Shown in pieces: positions 9,998 through 18,756 of a DNA stretch of 64,000 bases (position 1 is its first letter; every line of letters starts with the position of its first letter). Source of the stretch: Bacteroidales bacterium (GTDB lineage: Bacteria > Bacteroidota > Bacteroidia > Bacteroidales > GCA-2748055); the NCBI GenBank assembly GCA_029210585.1, contig JARGFP010000006.1, forward strand, positions 7,949 through 71,948. Direction: 5' to 3'. Position numbers and translations under genes: made by a program. The notes under the pieces are model-generated. The model saw only the letters and a program-made list of their open reading frames with translations. It was not told the origin of the DNA and did no database searches.

Positions 9998-12900
9998 TCA
10001 GAATGAGATGGTTATACCCAGAGTAATATCTTTTGAACGGGGGGTGCTGGAATTGTCCTCGCTCACACCCAGTGCGCCATAGCCCACTTCAGGATCCACC
10101 CCGGTGTACCTTGTGAAAACGAACAGATTGTTCATCGTCAGGTAAAAGTTAAGCTGTTTCACGTCCCTGTCACTGAGCTTGTCCCTGGGAATGGAATAAT
10201 TCAGCGTCAGGTATTTCAATCGCATAAATGAACCATCTTCCACGTACCGGTCACTTCCCAGCCAGTTGTATCCATAATTATATAATGCGCGGGGCATGTC
10301 TGTCTCGTCCCCGTCCTTGCGCCACCGCCAGTTCACGGACACGCTCTGGTTGTTCAGTGTATACATGTTCTCCGCATACATCCGTGCCTTGTTGACGATC
10401 TTGTTTCCATAACGGAAATTAAAGAAGGCGGTCAGGCGCAGGTTTTTATAGCGCAACGTTGACCCGAAGCCTCCGTTGACCTTGGGGTTTGAATTTCCCA
10501 GGTAGACAATGTCCAGTTCGTCGATGGTTCCATCATGATTGATATCTTCATACATCGCATCACCGCCCCTGAACTGATAGGCATTGCTCCTGCCATAGGC
10601 AAAATACATGGGCAATGGATTGCCGTCCTGGTCTGTAAACACCTGGCCATTTTCATCCCTGGCTACAGGTGCATTTTCCTGGACACCAGGAATGTACTCG
10701 TTGTACTGGTAGACACCCAGGTACCTGAACCCGTAGATCGAACCGTAGGAATTGCCTTCCTGGATTCGGGACAGGTAAGAGCCGTTTGCATAGTTGAAAT
10801 CACCATTGACATTGGCCAGCACATCATCGCGCAATTCGACGATCGTATTCACGTAATTGGAAAGGTTGAAGTTAAAGTCGATCACAAAGTCATTGATCCT
10901 GAATCCATTGTTCGTGTAAAAATTCAGTTCCCAGCCATTGTTATCCATGGAGCCCACGTTCTGCACCGGGACACTGTAAAAACCAGATGAGCTCGGGATC
11001 CTGAGGTTTCTGAACAGCAGGTCGTCGGTACGTTTGTTGTAGAAATTCACATCAAACATAAAACGGTTGTGCATAAATCCCAGGTCCAGGCCGTAATTCA
11101 GCGAGGTGGTGGTTTCCCATTTCAATTCCGAAAGCCTGAGTGTTGTCGGGCGGGTAGCAGGCATACCGATATAGCTCTCATAGGGAGAATAGCGGCTGAA
11201 GTGGAGGTACTCCTCCCAGGGCTGGTTCCCGCTGATCCCCCAGCTCACACGGAAAGCCAGGATGCTGAGCCAATTGTACGCTGCCCGCATAAAAGATTCA
11301 TCAGAAATGATCCATTTCACTGATAAACCGGGGAAATTTCCATACTTATTGTTGTTACCGAATTTTGTGCTGCCATCCCTCCTGAATGTAAATCCAAGTA
11401 TGTACCTGTTCTTATAGGAATAATGTCCCCTGGCCAGCAATGCATTTGAACGGTAGGAATAGCGGCTTGAGGAGATACCGTCGATATACCCGAACGCGGA
11501 CGGATCAATGATCTCTCCTGATGGCAGGTTGGTATTCGCTGTACCCATGCTGGAATTACTGCCGGTCCGTATCTGAAAGGATCCGTAAAGCAAGAGGCTG
11601 TGATCCGGGTTACTGAATTTAGGTTGATAGGTAATGTTATTGTCAGTCATCACTGTCATACTCTCAGAATCCGTTCCCTGGGCGAGGTTCACGGCACTGC
11701 TGTTCCATGTGGAATTGGTGGCCTCCCTGGGCAGGAACCTGGTCACCTGGTCGTTGTTGACGTCGAAGGATACATACATATTGTACCGGAGGGTATGCAC
11801 TTCCGGATCCAGCAAATCATACTGCAACCTGAATGTTGGCAGGATCCTGTAGTTCTTTAAATTGTTCCTGGCCAGCATTGCGAGCGCCACCGGATTTCTC
11901 AGGTCGCGCTGTTCCCAATGCAACTGCGATTGCCGGGAAATATTAGAGAAAACGTCTGTATCATTGCCCTGCAGATCCTGCTGGTAGACACCAACATTGG
12001 GCATTTTCCGGTATGCGATCCCCAGCAGGTTTTCATAATTCCTGTCATTATCCGAATAGGTAAATGAAAGCTCAGAGATAAACTTGATCCTCCTGGACAC
12101 AGAATAGTCGAGGTAGGCCCGTGAAGAAATCCTGTTCAGTTCCTGTCCGATGACGGTTCCTGTCTGGTTCAGAAAACCTCCCGATATGCGAAATCTTGCC
12201 CGGTCTCCTCCCCCGGAAACAGTGAGGTAATTGTCGTGTTTGAAACCGGGTTGCGTCACTTCGGCAACCCAGTCGGTATTGTTGTTAAAATTCTCATATT
12301 CAGAATAAGTGGGGTCATACAGGAATTCACGGACATTGGCTGCATTTTCATCCTGGTAGGGATTAAAATAGGCCTGTTTGATCAGCATCGTATAGTCGTC
12401 CCCGTTCAACATATTGAGGCCCTGGGGCTGAATGGCACCGGTAAGGCGGTAGGAATACTGAACCGTTGTGGGTCCCCGCGTTCCTTTTTTGGTTTTGATC
12501 ACCAATACGCCGTTGGCACCCTTGGATCCCCATACGGCTGTGGCCGAAGCATCCTTCAGTACCGTAATCTCCTCGATGTCATCCGGGTTGATACTCAACA
12601 TGTTGGCATATTGTTCCTCGTTGGCACTGGCGAAATCAAAGGAAGGGTCGATCTCCACCTCGTAGGGGATATTATTGAGAACGATCAGTGGCTGGCTGTT
12701 TGAGTTAATAGATGTGGCTCCCCTTATTCTCATGGTCGTACCGGCTCCCGGGTCTCCTGAATTGGCAATAATATCCAGTCCGGCCACCCTACCCTGCAGC
12801 GCATCATCGATGGAGGTCACCTGCACGCCTTCGAAAGACCTGGTGCTGATGGTCTGCACTGCAGTGGAAACTTCCCGCTGCGGGATATCGATGGTTCCGT

Positions 12901-13282
12901 CGCTGTGCTTCCTTTCGGCGGTTATCACTATTTCATCGATCATCTGCAGGTCTTCTTCAAGCACCACATCAATCGTACGTTTATTGCCTATATCCAGTGT
13001 CTGGGGATGAAACCCGATAAAACTGCACACCACTTTGTTCTCCGGGTTTTTGATCTTAAGCACATACTGGCCATTGACATCGGTGATGGTCGCGTTGATG
13101 ATCCTGTTATTATCATCCACTTCAACCACCGTTGCACTGATCAGAGTTTCACCATCCGTTGCGGATGTCACCGTCCCCTGTATTACCCTTTCCCTGTTTC
13201 CCTGGCTAAATACAGCGATTGGAACAAGTAAAAACGCGACGAAAAATATTCCAGCTAATTTTAGTTTCATAATCATTGTCAT
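9998..13282 (-). CDS. SusC/RagA-family TonB-dependent outer-membrane transporter (pair 2)
   Basis: The ORF track starts at a TTG (13291). The first ATG is at 13280-13282 (MTMIMKLKLAGIFFVAFLL), 1 nt after the upstream stop. CarboxypepD_reg-like domain (VIQGTVTSATDGETLISATVVEV). Plug (IEEITVLKDASATAVWGSKGANGVLVIKTKKG). The C-terminus ends ITLGITISF. Confidence 0.93.
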   Translation of the reverse strand: MTMIMKLKLAGIFFVAFLLVPIAVFSQGNRERVIQGTVTSATDGETLISATVVEVDDNNRIINATITDVNGQYVLKIKNPENKVVCSFIGFHPQTLDIGNKRTIDVVLEEDLQMIDEIVITAERKHSDGTIDIPQREVSTAVQTISTRSFEGVQVTSIDDALQGRVAGLDIIANSGDPGAGTTMRIRGATSINSNSQPLIVLNNIPYEVEIDPSFDFASANEEQYANMLSINPDDIEEITVLKDASATAVWGSKGANGVLVIKTKKGTRGPTTVQYSYRLTGAIQPQGLNMLNGDDYTMLIKQAYFNPYQDENAANVREFLYDPTYSEYENFNNNTDWVAEVTQPGFKHDNYLTVSGGGDRARFRISGGFLNQTGTVIGQELNRISSRAYLDYSVSRRIKFISELSFTYSDNDRNYENLLGIAYRKMPNVGVYQQDLQGNDTDVFSNISRQSQLHWEQRDLRNPVALAMLARNNLKNYRILPTFRLQYDLLDPEVHTLRYNMYVSFDVNNDQVTRFLPREATNSTWNSSAVNLAQGTDSESMTVMTDNNITYQPKFSNPDHSLLLYGSFQIRTGSNSSMGTANTNLPSGEIIDPSAFGYIDGISSSRYSYRSNALLARGHYSYKNRYILGFTFRRDGSTKFGNNNKYGNFPGLSVKWIISDESFMRAAYNWLSILAFRVSWGISGNQPWEEYLHFSRYSPYESYIGMPATRPTTLRLSELKWETTTSLNYGLDLGFMHNRFMFDVNFYNKRTDDLLFRNLRIPSSSGFYSVPVQNVGSMDNNGWELNFYTNNGFRINDFVIDFNFNLSNYVNTIVELRDDVLANVNGDFNYANGSYLSRIQEGNSYGSIYGFRYLGVYQYNEYIPGVQENAPVARDENGQVFTDQDGNPLPMYFAYGRSNAYQFRGGDAMYEDINHDGTIDELDIVYLGNSNPKVNGGFGSTLRYKNLRLTAFFNFRYGNKIVNKARMYAENMYTLNNQSVSVNWRWRKDGDETDMPRALYNYGYNWLGSDRYVEDGSFMRLKYLTLNYSIPRDKLSDRDVKQLNFYLTMNNLFVFTRYTGVDPEVGYGALGVSEDNSSTPRSKDITLGITISF

Positions 13283-13283
13283 T

Positions 13284-15830
13284 TTATTCAAACCTCAGTA
13301 CTTCGTCAATTTGATGAATGACGGCTGTTGATGAAGTTGTTATGGATGATGCATTGAAATCAGCGCCGGTGCCCGTTCCATCAACCTCCCTGTAGGCCAG
13401 TGGATTATTGCTGAAAATATAATCGCGGACCATCATGTTGTAGAGGCCATTATCGGTAACGACCCGGGCGGTGCCATAGTTTTCGGTTGAGAGCTGCAGG
13501 TTGTCCCCATTGCCGGAGATCCCCAGCCTGTAGTACTTGTCTTTGTATGTTCCGAACTGTGTTGTTTCCTCGTCCATTTTGATGGTAGCGGTCTGGTAGA
13601 GCTTGTCCACCGGTGTGCCACTGATGTACACTGAATTGTCCTGGAAATGATACCTCAGGAAACGTTCCAGTTTTTTTATCTCTTCTGCACGGGCCGAAGT
13701 AGTGTCCGGCATGCCGTTGATCTCCTCCCAGTCGCTGATCAGGTTATCATCAATTGCCTGCCGGATTGCTTCATTGGTAGGTACATACACCGTGTAGTTA
13801 AAGGTATTGAAAAACTTGATATTGAAGTCGATCCCGTAGTAATTGGTTTTCTTGACGAACACCTCGTTCGTTGTACCTGTCAAACCGTTCAGCAACAGGA
13901 AAAACTCACTGAATTCAGGGGTTTCGCTCAGCACCCTGTACACTGATCGAAGGGGTGTCTGAATGGGTTTGTCGATGAAATAGGTGATCCCGTTTTGTTG
14001 TTCAAAGACTCCGTTTGGCACCACATTCACTGCGATACCCCTTACGATGTCATTGCCTCCCTGCACCTGCAGGTTGTCCCCGGTACCCTGTACCTTGATT
14101 GAATTCCCGTTTTTGGTGAAATAATACTGTTCCCCGGATTCCACATCGCCCACTACAATGTGCGAATCAAGGACATCCAGCAACCTGTTGGCAATGAAGC
14201 TCCGGTCAGTAATCACGGCAACGGAATCTCCCACGATATCATTCACGGCATCATAGGCATAGATGGTGGCATTTACCCTGCTGGTCTCTGTATTGTACCA
14301 GTATTTCATCACTCCCTTCACATCCTTGGCGTAGGCGACCGGATCGATATAGTTATTAAAAAACGCATCGGTCGGGACAAACAGGCTGTACCGGCTCACA
14401 AGCGAGTTCAGGTAGAGCCTGAAGTCGTTTTCCCGGATCACCCAGTTAAATACCCGCGTTTTCTCACTGAAAAGAACCGGTCCGTACACCGAAACATAAT
14501 CGTCAGGCGGATATACTTCATCTGTCTGGTATACCACACCGTTTACGCCCACATAGGTACTTTGCACATCGGAAGTGACAACAGGAATAGGAGAATTTTC
14601 GCTGTCATTCATTTTATCAAACCTGCTCGGAACAGTCTCGATAAAGGAAGTCCTCAGGTGTCGCTTAAGAAAAAGCATCACTATATCGTCCGGAATGCGG
14701 TCCCAACTCCCATAGCGGTCACGCAGCACGATCCCGCTGCCTGTTTCAAAATAGGCATTCATGGCTGCATCGGAAGGACTCAGAATTGCTGCCATATCCG
14801 ATTGCAGGGCACTGCCTGCGCCAGGGGGCACATAACTGTTCCTGCCCGGATTAAAGGGCAACAGGAATTCGGTGCTGATCAGGCTCCCGTTGGGATAACG
14901 CACTGCCCCGTCGACGGCAGAAAAGTATTGTTTTTCATAGATGGAGTCGATCGGCTGGTCCGGATTGACCTGGTTATACTCAATGGTCTGGTTGTCGTTA
15001 AAATAGGGTGCGCTGAAACGTTCCAGCAGGCTGGAAAAGATCTGGGTGTCCGGGTTCCTTCGCAGGTGCTCAGCAATATTGACCGGTGGGATCAGCACTT
15101 CTTCCAGCACATGGATATATCCGTTCTTACAGGTAATGTCCCGCTCGACCACCTTGACATTAAAAATATGTGCATCAGTCTGTTCCCGTTCCGCGCCGGT
15201 GATCAGTGTAAAATCACTGTTACTGATTCCGGCGTTTGAAAGCGTGCTTGGCAAAAAATGCACCATCGGCCAGGATGTGGCATCTTTCAACAGGTGGATT
15301 CCCTGGGTGCGAAATCCATTCCAGACAGGTCCTTGTGGCAGCATATCTCCCGATTCAAATGGAATGCTGTCCAGCACGGATACTGCCGTTTCGCGCCTGA
15401 GGGCTGTTCCCAGTTGCAGGCTCCCGTCGAAATAATTGGAGAGTGTTTCGACCAGGTACGCATTATTGATCATCGTGAAGTTGAGGATCAGCTTTTTCTG
15501 TGACACGGAAAGGTCGTCATAGCTTCCCACATTCCATTCATTGTCCTGGAAGAAACGATCAAATGCATCATCATCGGCCACAAACAACGTTTTGCTGCCC
15601 GACTTTGCAAGCACAGAGGTATACCCGATATCGTCAATCAACCTTGTATAATTGGTAAAATTGCCATCTTCCACCAGGTAATCATAGATACTTGCGCCGA
15701 GCCACTCCGGCTCACTGTCGTCATACAAATAATCGTCCTTGCACGAAACAAAAAAAACACTCATGCCCAGCAAGAGTGTGGCAAGGAAGAGAGGATAAAT
15801 ACTTTGTTTCCAGGATCCTTTTTTCATCAT
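13284..15830 (-). CDS. Multi-FAS1 (fasciclin) lipoprotein, about four FAS1-like modules
   Basis: 848 aa. Lipobox MSVFFVSCKDD. Four H1-like/H2-like pairs: TLFVADDDAFDRFF ... GYIHVLEEVLIPP; AAILSPSDAAMNAYF ... GVVYQTDEVYPP; SLFVPTDAFFNNYI ... GITYFIDKPIQTP; YTVYVPTNEAIRQAI ... AVIHQIDEVLRFE. Confidence 0.8.
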   Translation of the reverse strand: MMKKGSWKQSIYPLFLATLLLGMSVFFVSCKDDYLYDDSEPEWLGASIYDYLVEDGNFTNYTRLIDDIGYTSVLAKSGSKTLFVADDDAFDRFFQDNEWNVGSYDDLSVSQKKLILNFTMINNAYLVETLSNYFDGSLQLGTALRRETAVSVLDSIPFESGDMLPQGPVWNGFRTQGIHLLKDATSWPMVHFLPSTLSNAGISNSDFTLITGAEREQTDAHIFNVKVVERDITCKNGYIHVLEEVLIPPVNIAEHLRRNPDTQIFSSLLERFSAPYFNDNQTIEYNQVNPDQPIDSIYEKQYFSAVDGAVRYPNGSLISTEFLLPFNPGRNSYVPPGAGSALQSDMAAILSPSDAAMNAYFETGSGIVLRDRYGSWDRIPDDIVMLFLKRHLRTSFIETVPSRFDKMNDSENSPIPVVTSDVQSTYVGVNGVVYQTDEVYPPDDYVSVYGPVLFSEKTRVFNWVIRENDFRLYLNSLVSRYSLFVPTDAFFNNYIDPVAYAKDVKGVMKYWYNTETSRVNATIYAYDAVNDIVGDSVAVITDRSFIANRLLDVLDSHIVVGDVESGEQYYFTKNGNSIKVQGTGDNLQVQGGNDIVRGIAVNVVPNGVFEQQNGITYFIDKPIQTPLRSVYRVLSETPEFSEFFLLLNGLTGTTNEVFVKKTNYYGIDFNIKFFNTFNYTVYVPTNEAIRQAIDDNLISDWEEINGMPDTTSARAEEIKKLERFLRYHFQDNSVYISGTPVDKLYQTATIKMDEETTQFGTYKDKYYRLGISGNGDNLQLSTENYGTARVVTDNGLYNMMVRDYIFSNNPLAYREVDGTGTGADFNASSITTSSTAVIHQIDEVLRFE

Positions 15831-15856
15831 CAGTCATTTTTAAGAGGTTTGATCCC

Positions 15857-18616
15857 CTATTTTTTAATGAACCTGGCAGGTTGGTTACCAGTCGTTCTCA
15901 ATATATACATTCCGGCAGGAAGCGCACTTATATCTATTGCATGCAGTGCCTCTGCCCCGATAAGCTGATGCCCCGTAACATCATAGATCTCATACCGGGT
16001 GGGACGGTCCAGATCGATGTACAGCACATCATCCACAGGATTGGGATACAGTTTCAACGACCGGACCGAAGGGGAAACATGTGTCCCAATCACCTGTCCG
16101 GCAGCCAGGTCCACCACCATCCAGCCCAGCTGGTCTTCTTTCACAGTGGCGATTCCGCCTGAAAACTCGCGTTGTTTGAGCAGGTTAACGGTATGATCGC
16201 CGGTGCGGTTATAACGCATGGTTGCAGCAAAATTATCGGCTGCGGTCTGCAAACCGGCAAAGAACGCCGGCTGGGTGTAACTGGAATCGTACGACAGTTC
16301 CATTGGCCTGGAAGTCACCCCGCTGCCATCCACTGTACGTCCCACCGTGATGCGTTTCCCTTCGATGTCGCCCTGTCCCTGTTCAATGGCCAGCACGTGG
16401 ACCGTTTCAGGAAAAACAGGCCCGGTATAGGCTTCTTCTGCCTTCAACAAGAGATCAAAACCCGTATGCGATACATTCTGAACAGCCACTGTTAACGGGG
16501 ATGTATTGGCTCCGGAGGCGATGGTGCAGAATATGACGGGGTCCCCTGCAAATGGCTGTTCGAACTGCACACTCAGCCATTCGTCCTGCACATGGGTTAT
16601 TTCCATTGCTAAAGCGTTCAATTCACCAAAATCATGCGCTCCGGGAGGTATGGCAATGACTGCAATATTGTCGGTACCGGTAAAGACAGGATCCTTCAGG
16701 TATGCCCAGGGTAAGAGATGAAATTTAAACCTGGAGCCGGAAATATTGCTGACCCGCCGGGTCATGGGAAATACATTGTTAAATGTAGGAATGCCCAGCA
16801 CCACAAGCGGATTTTCAGCATATGCTTCTGAAAAAAGCGTGGTGTTCCATTCCGCATTGCTGACCCTGAAAGTTCCGGACTGCACATTGCCTGCCCCACC
16901 GGTCTGGAAATAGGATACCTCATTGGATACCAGGTATTCCCCTTCCTTTGTCTGGAGCCTCAGTCTGTAAGAAACCGTACCCCCTGTACCAGCATCGAGC
17001 GGATCCAGGAAATAATCTACTGCAATGTCATCGCTCGAATAAACGGTTTCAAACGCCCCGTCATTCACTCTTTTTTCCAGCGTATATCCTGCCGTCAGCT
17101 CTCCATTGCTGTCGGTCCAGCTTAACCGCATGCTGTTGGATAACGTAAGGTACCTGAGTGAAAGTTCCGGTTCCAGGTAATTCCAATGCGGAATCACTTC
17201 ATTGGCGGAGTTGTACGCGATTTGTGATTCATTCTCCTTGTAGTATGCACCTGCCAGGGTTACTCCCCCGTTGAGGATCATGGCGCGACAATCCTGTACC
17301 CAGTCGTAAATGAAATAGCGTTCCACGAAGCTGGCCGTATCGAGTACCTGCAGGATGCCTTTGATATCATTGAGCTGTTTCAGGGCATTGTCATCTGTAT
17401 AGCTTCTGTTGCCATCGGGCCACCATTCATTCGTCCAGTTTGCTCCATTGTTCCATTCCGTGATCCACAATGGCCTGCCTGTCTGCTCATGGATATATTT
17501 CAGATCGTTGTACCAGCTGATGGGTGATTTCCCTCCCCAGTAACAATGTAGCGGGACAAAATCAACCCGGTAATTCAGTGCATCGCATGTATTGATAAAA
17601 TCAAACAGGTTTCCGCCATCGCCTCCCCGGGCATTGGACCAGGCCGGGGCGCCTATCCGGAGACCGGAGTTCATCATTGCCGGCCAGATGTCGATCATCT
17701 GCTGGAAGGTCATGTTCGCCTGGTCGGGCCGGTCAGGTTCGTTGAATCCCAGCAGGTGACTCACATTTCTTTTTGCGTTGATGTCAGACCAGGAAGGCCA
17801 TCCGGCGTTCTGCCTGATCAGCACATATTCAACATCTGAAGAAGAATTCCCCCCCACATTCCAGTCGTAATAGCTCGTACAATCGAGGTCGTGGGGATTC
17901 CAGCCGGCTTTGGCCTTTTTACTGACAAACTCGTGTCTGAACACCCTGACAAATGATGCGGTACTGTAGAGTTCAGCCGGCATTGTAATGAATTCAAGAT
18001 CCTCCTGGTCCGCAATAAAGACCCGGCTGTACCCACTTCCGTCAGCGTTATTGGCAAATGTTGCCATGTACCCGCGCTTCAGCCTGAATGAGCGAATGGC
18101 ATTGTCGAATTCACCCAGGCTGTTGTGATAGATATGCAGTCCAAGTTGCCTGGGGGTACCGGCAAATGCATCCCCGCTGTAGACGGTTAAGGGTGAAAAT
18201 GATGCACCATGAGGCATGATCACCGTACCATGACCGTAGATGGCCACCCGTCCGTTGGTTCCATTTACTAGATGGGTGCCATTGGCCAGGACTCCGGAGA
18301 GATGCCTGCTGATCACCTCCGAGGGTTTGATATTGTCGAAAAAGAGCCACGCATCCTCGTGATCCAGGGATACGGTGCTGTTCATCATAGGAGCATCAGG
18401 TGATGTAAGGTGCAATTCAGCCGGTTCGGCAAGCACCCTGTTCTGGTCAACAAGACTTTCCAGCGTTTCCTGCGGAATGGAAAGCAGGGAAACGGGCACA
18501 ACAGCCATGATTAGTATGGATAGAAATGTATGCTTCCAATTCTCCCACCTCCAGCAGTACTCTCCTGTTGGTCCAGTACACGAATCGTTCCGTGTACCAT
18601 TAAGCGTATATTTCAT
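15857..18616 (-). CDS. Secreted clan GH-A glycoside hydrolase (Glyco_hydro_cc/PF11790-like catalytic core) with Ig-like modules and a T9SS C-terminal sorting domain
   Basis: 919 aa. The catalytic core is aa ~235-395: SYYDWNVGG, LLGFNEPDRPDQANMTF (NEP acid/base, Glu codon 17738-17740), VDFVPLHCYWGG, PLWITEWNNG (TEW nucleophile, Glu codon 17456-17458). The C-terminus LKLYPNPVDDVLYIDL ... GMYILRTTGNQPARFIKK is a type A T9SS CTD. Confidence 0.78.
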   Translation of the reverse strand: MKYTLNGTRNDSCTGPTGEYCWRWENWKHTFLSILIMAVVPVSLLSIPQETLESLVDQNRVLAEPAELHLTSPDAPMMNSTVSLDHEDAWLFFDNIKPSEVISRHLSGVLANGTHLVNGTNGRVAIYGHGTVIMPHGASFSPLTVYSGDAFAGTPRQLGLHIYHNSLGEFDNAIRSFRLKRGYMATFANNADGSGYSRVFIADQEDLEFITMPAELYSTASFVRVFRHEFVSKKAKAGWNPHDLDCTSYYDWNVGGNSSSDVEYVLIRQNAGWPSWSDINAKRNVSHLLGFNEPDRPDQANMTFQQMIDIWPAMMNSGLRIGAPAWSNARGGDGGNLFDFINTCDALNYRVDFVPLHCYWGGKSPISWYNDLKYIHEQTGRPLWITEWNNGANWTNEWWPDGNRSYTDDNALKQLNDIKGILQVLDTASFVERYFIYDWVQDCRAMILNGGVTLAGAYYKENESQIAYNSANEVIPHWNYLEPELSLRYLTLSNSMRLSWTDSNGELTAGYTLEKRVNDGAFETVYSSDDIAVDYFLDPLDAGTGGTVSYRLRLQTKEGEYLVSNEVSYFQTGGAGNVQSGTFRVSNAEWNTTLFSEAYAENPLVVLGIPTFNNVFPMTRRVSNISGSRFKFHLLPWAYLKDPVFTGTDNIAVIAIPPGAHDFGELNALAMEITHVQDEWLSVQFEQPFAGDPVIFCTIASGANTSPLTVAVQNVSHTGFDLLLKAEEAYTGPVFPETVHVLAIEQGQGDIEGKRITVGRTVDGSGVTSRPMELSYDSSYTQPAFFAGLQTAADNFAATMRYNRTGDHTVNLLKQREFSGGIATVKEDQLGWMVVDLAAGQVIGTHVSPSVRSLKLYPNPVDDVLYIDLDRPTRYEIYDVTGHQLIGAEALHAIDISALPAGMYILRTTGNQPARFIKK

Positions 18617-18756
18617 AGTTGAGTAGTTAGCTAAGTAGTTACCTGTCTCTTTTTACTTTCGAACAGGTCAAACAACAATACTAAAATAATGTCTCCAATA
18701 AACAAGTTCTATCAATATTCCGGCAAAAAATGTCTCTTATTCGCAATTTGGTCGTT

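Noticed and set aside
14160-15239. 359-aa plus-strand ORF, one of the longest ORFs without an obvious annotation
   Set aside because: It lies entirely antisense to the multi-FAS1 gene, which has clear repeated domain motifs. The product is low-complexity (H/I/R/V-rich) with no recognisable motif. This is a typical shadow ORF of a coding region.
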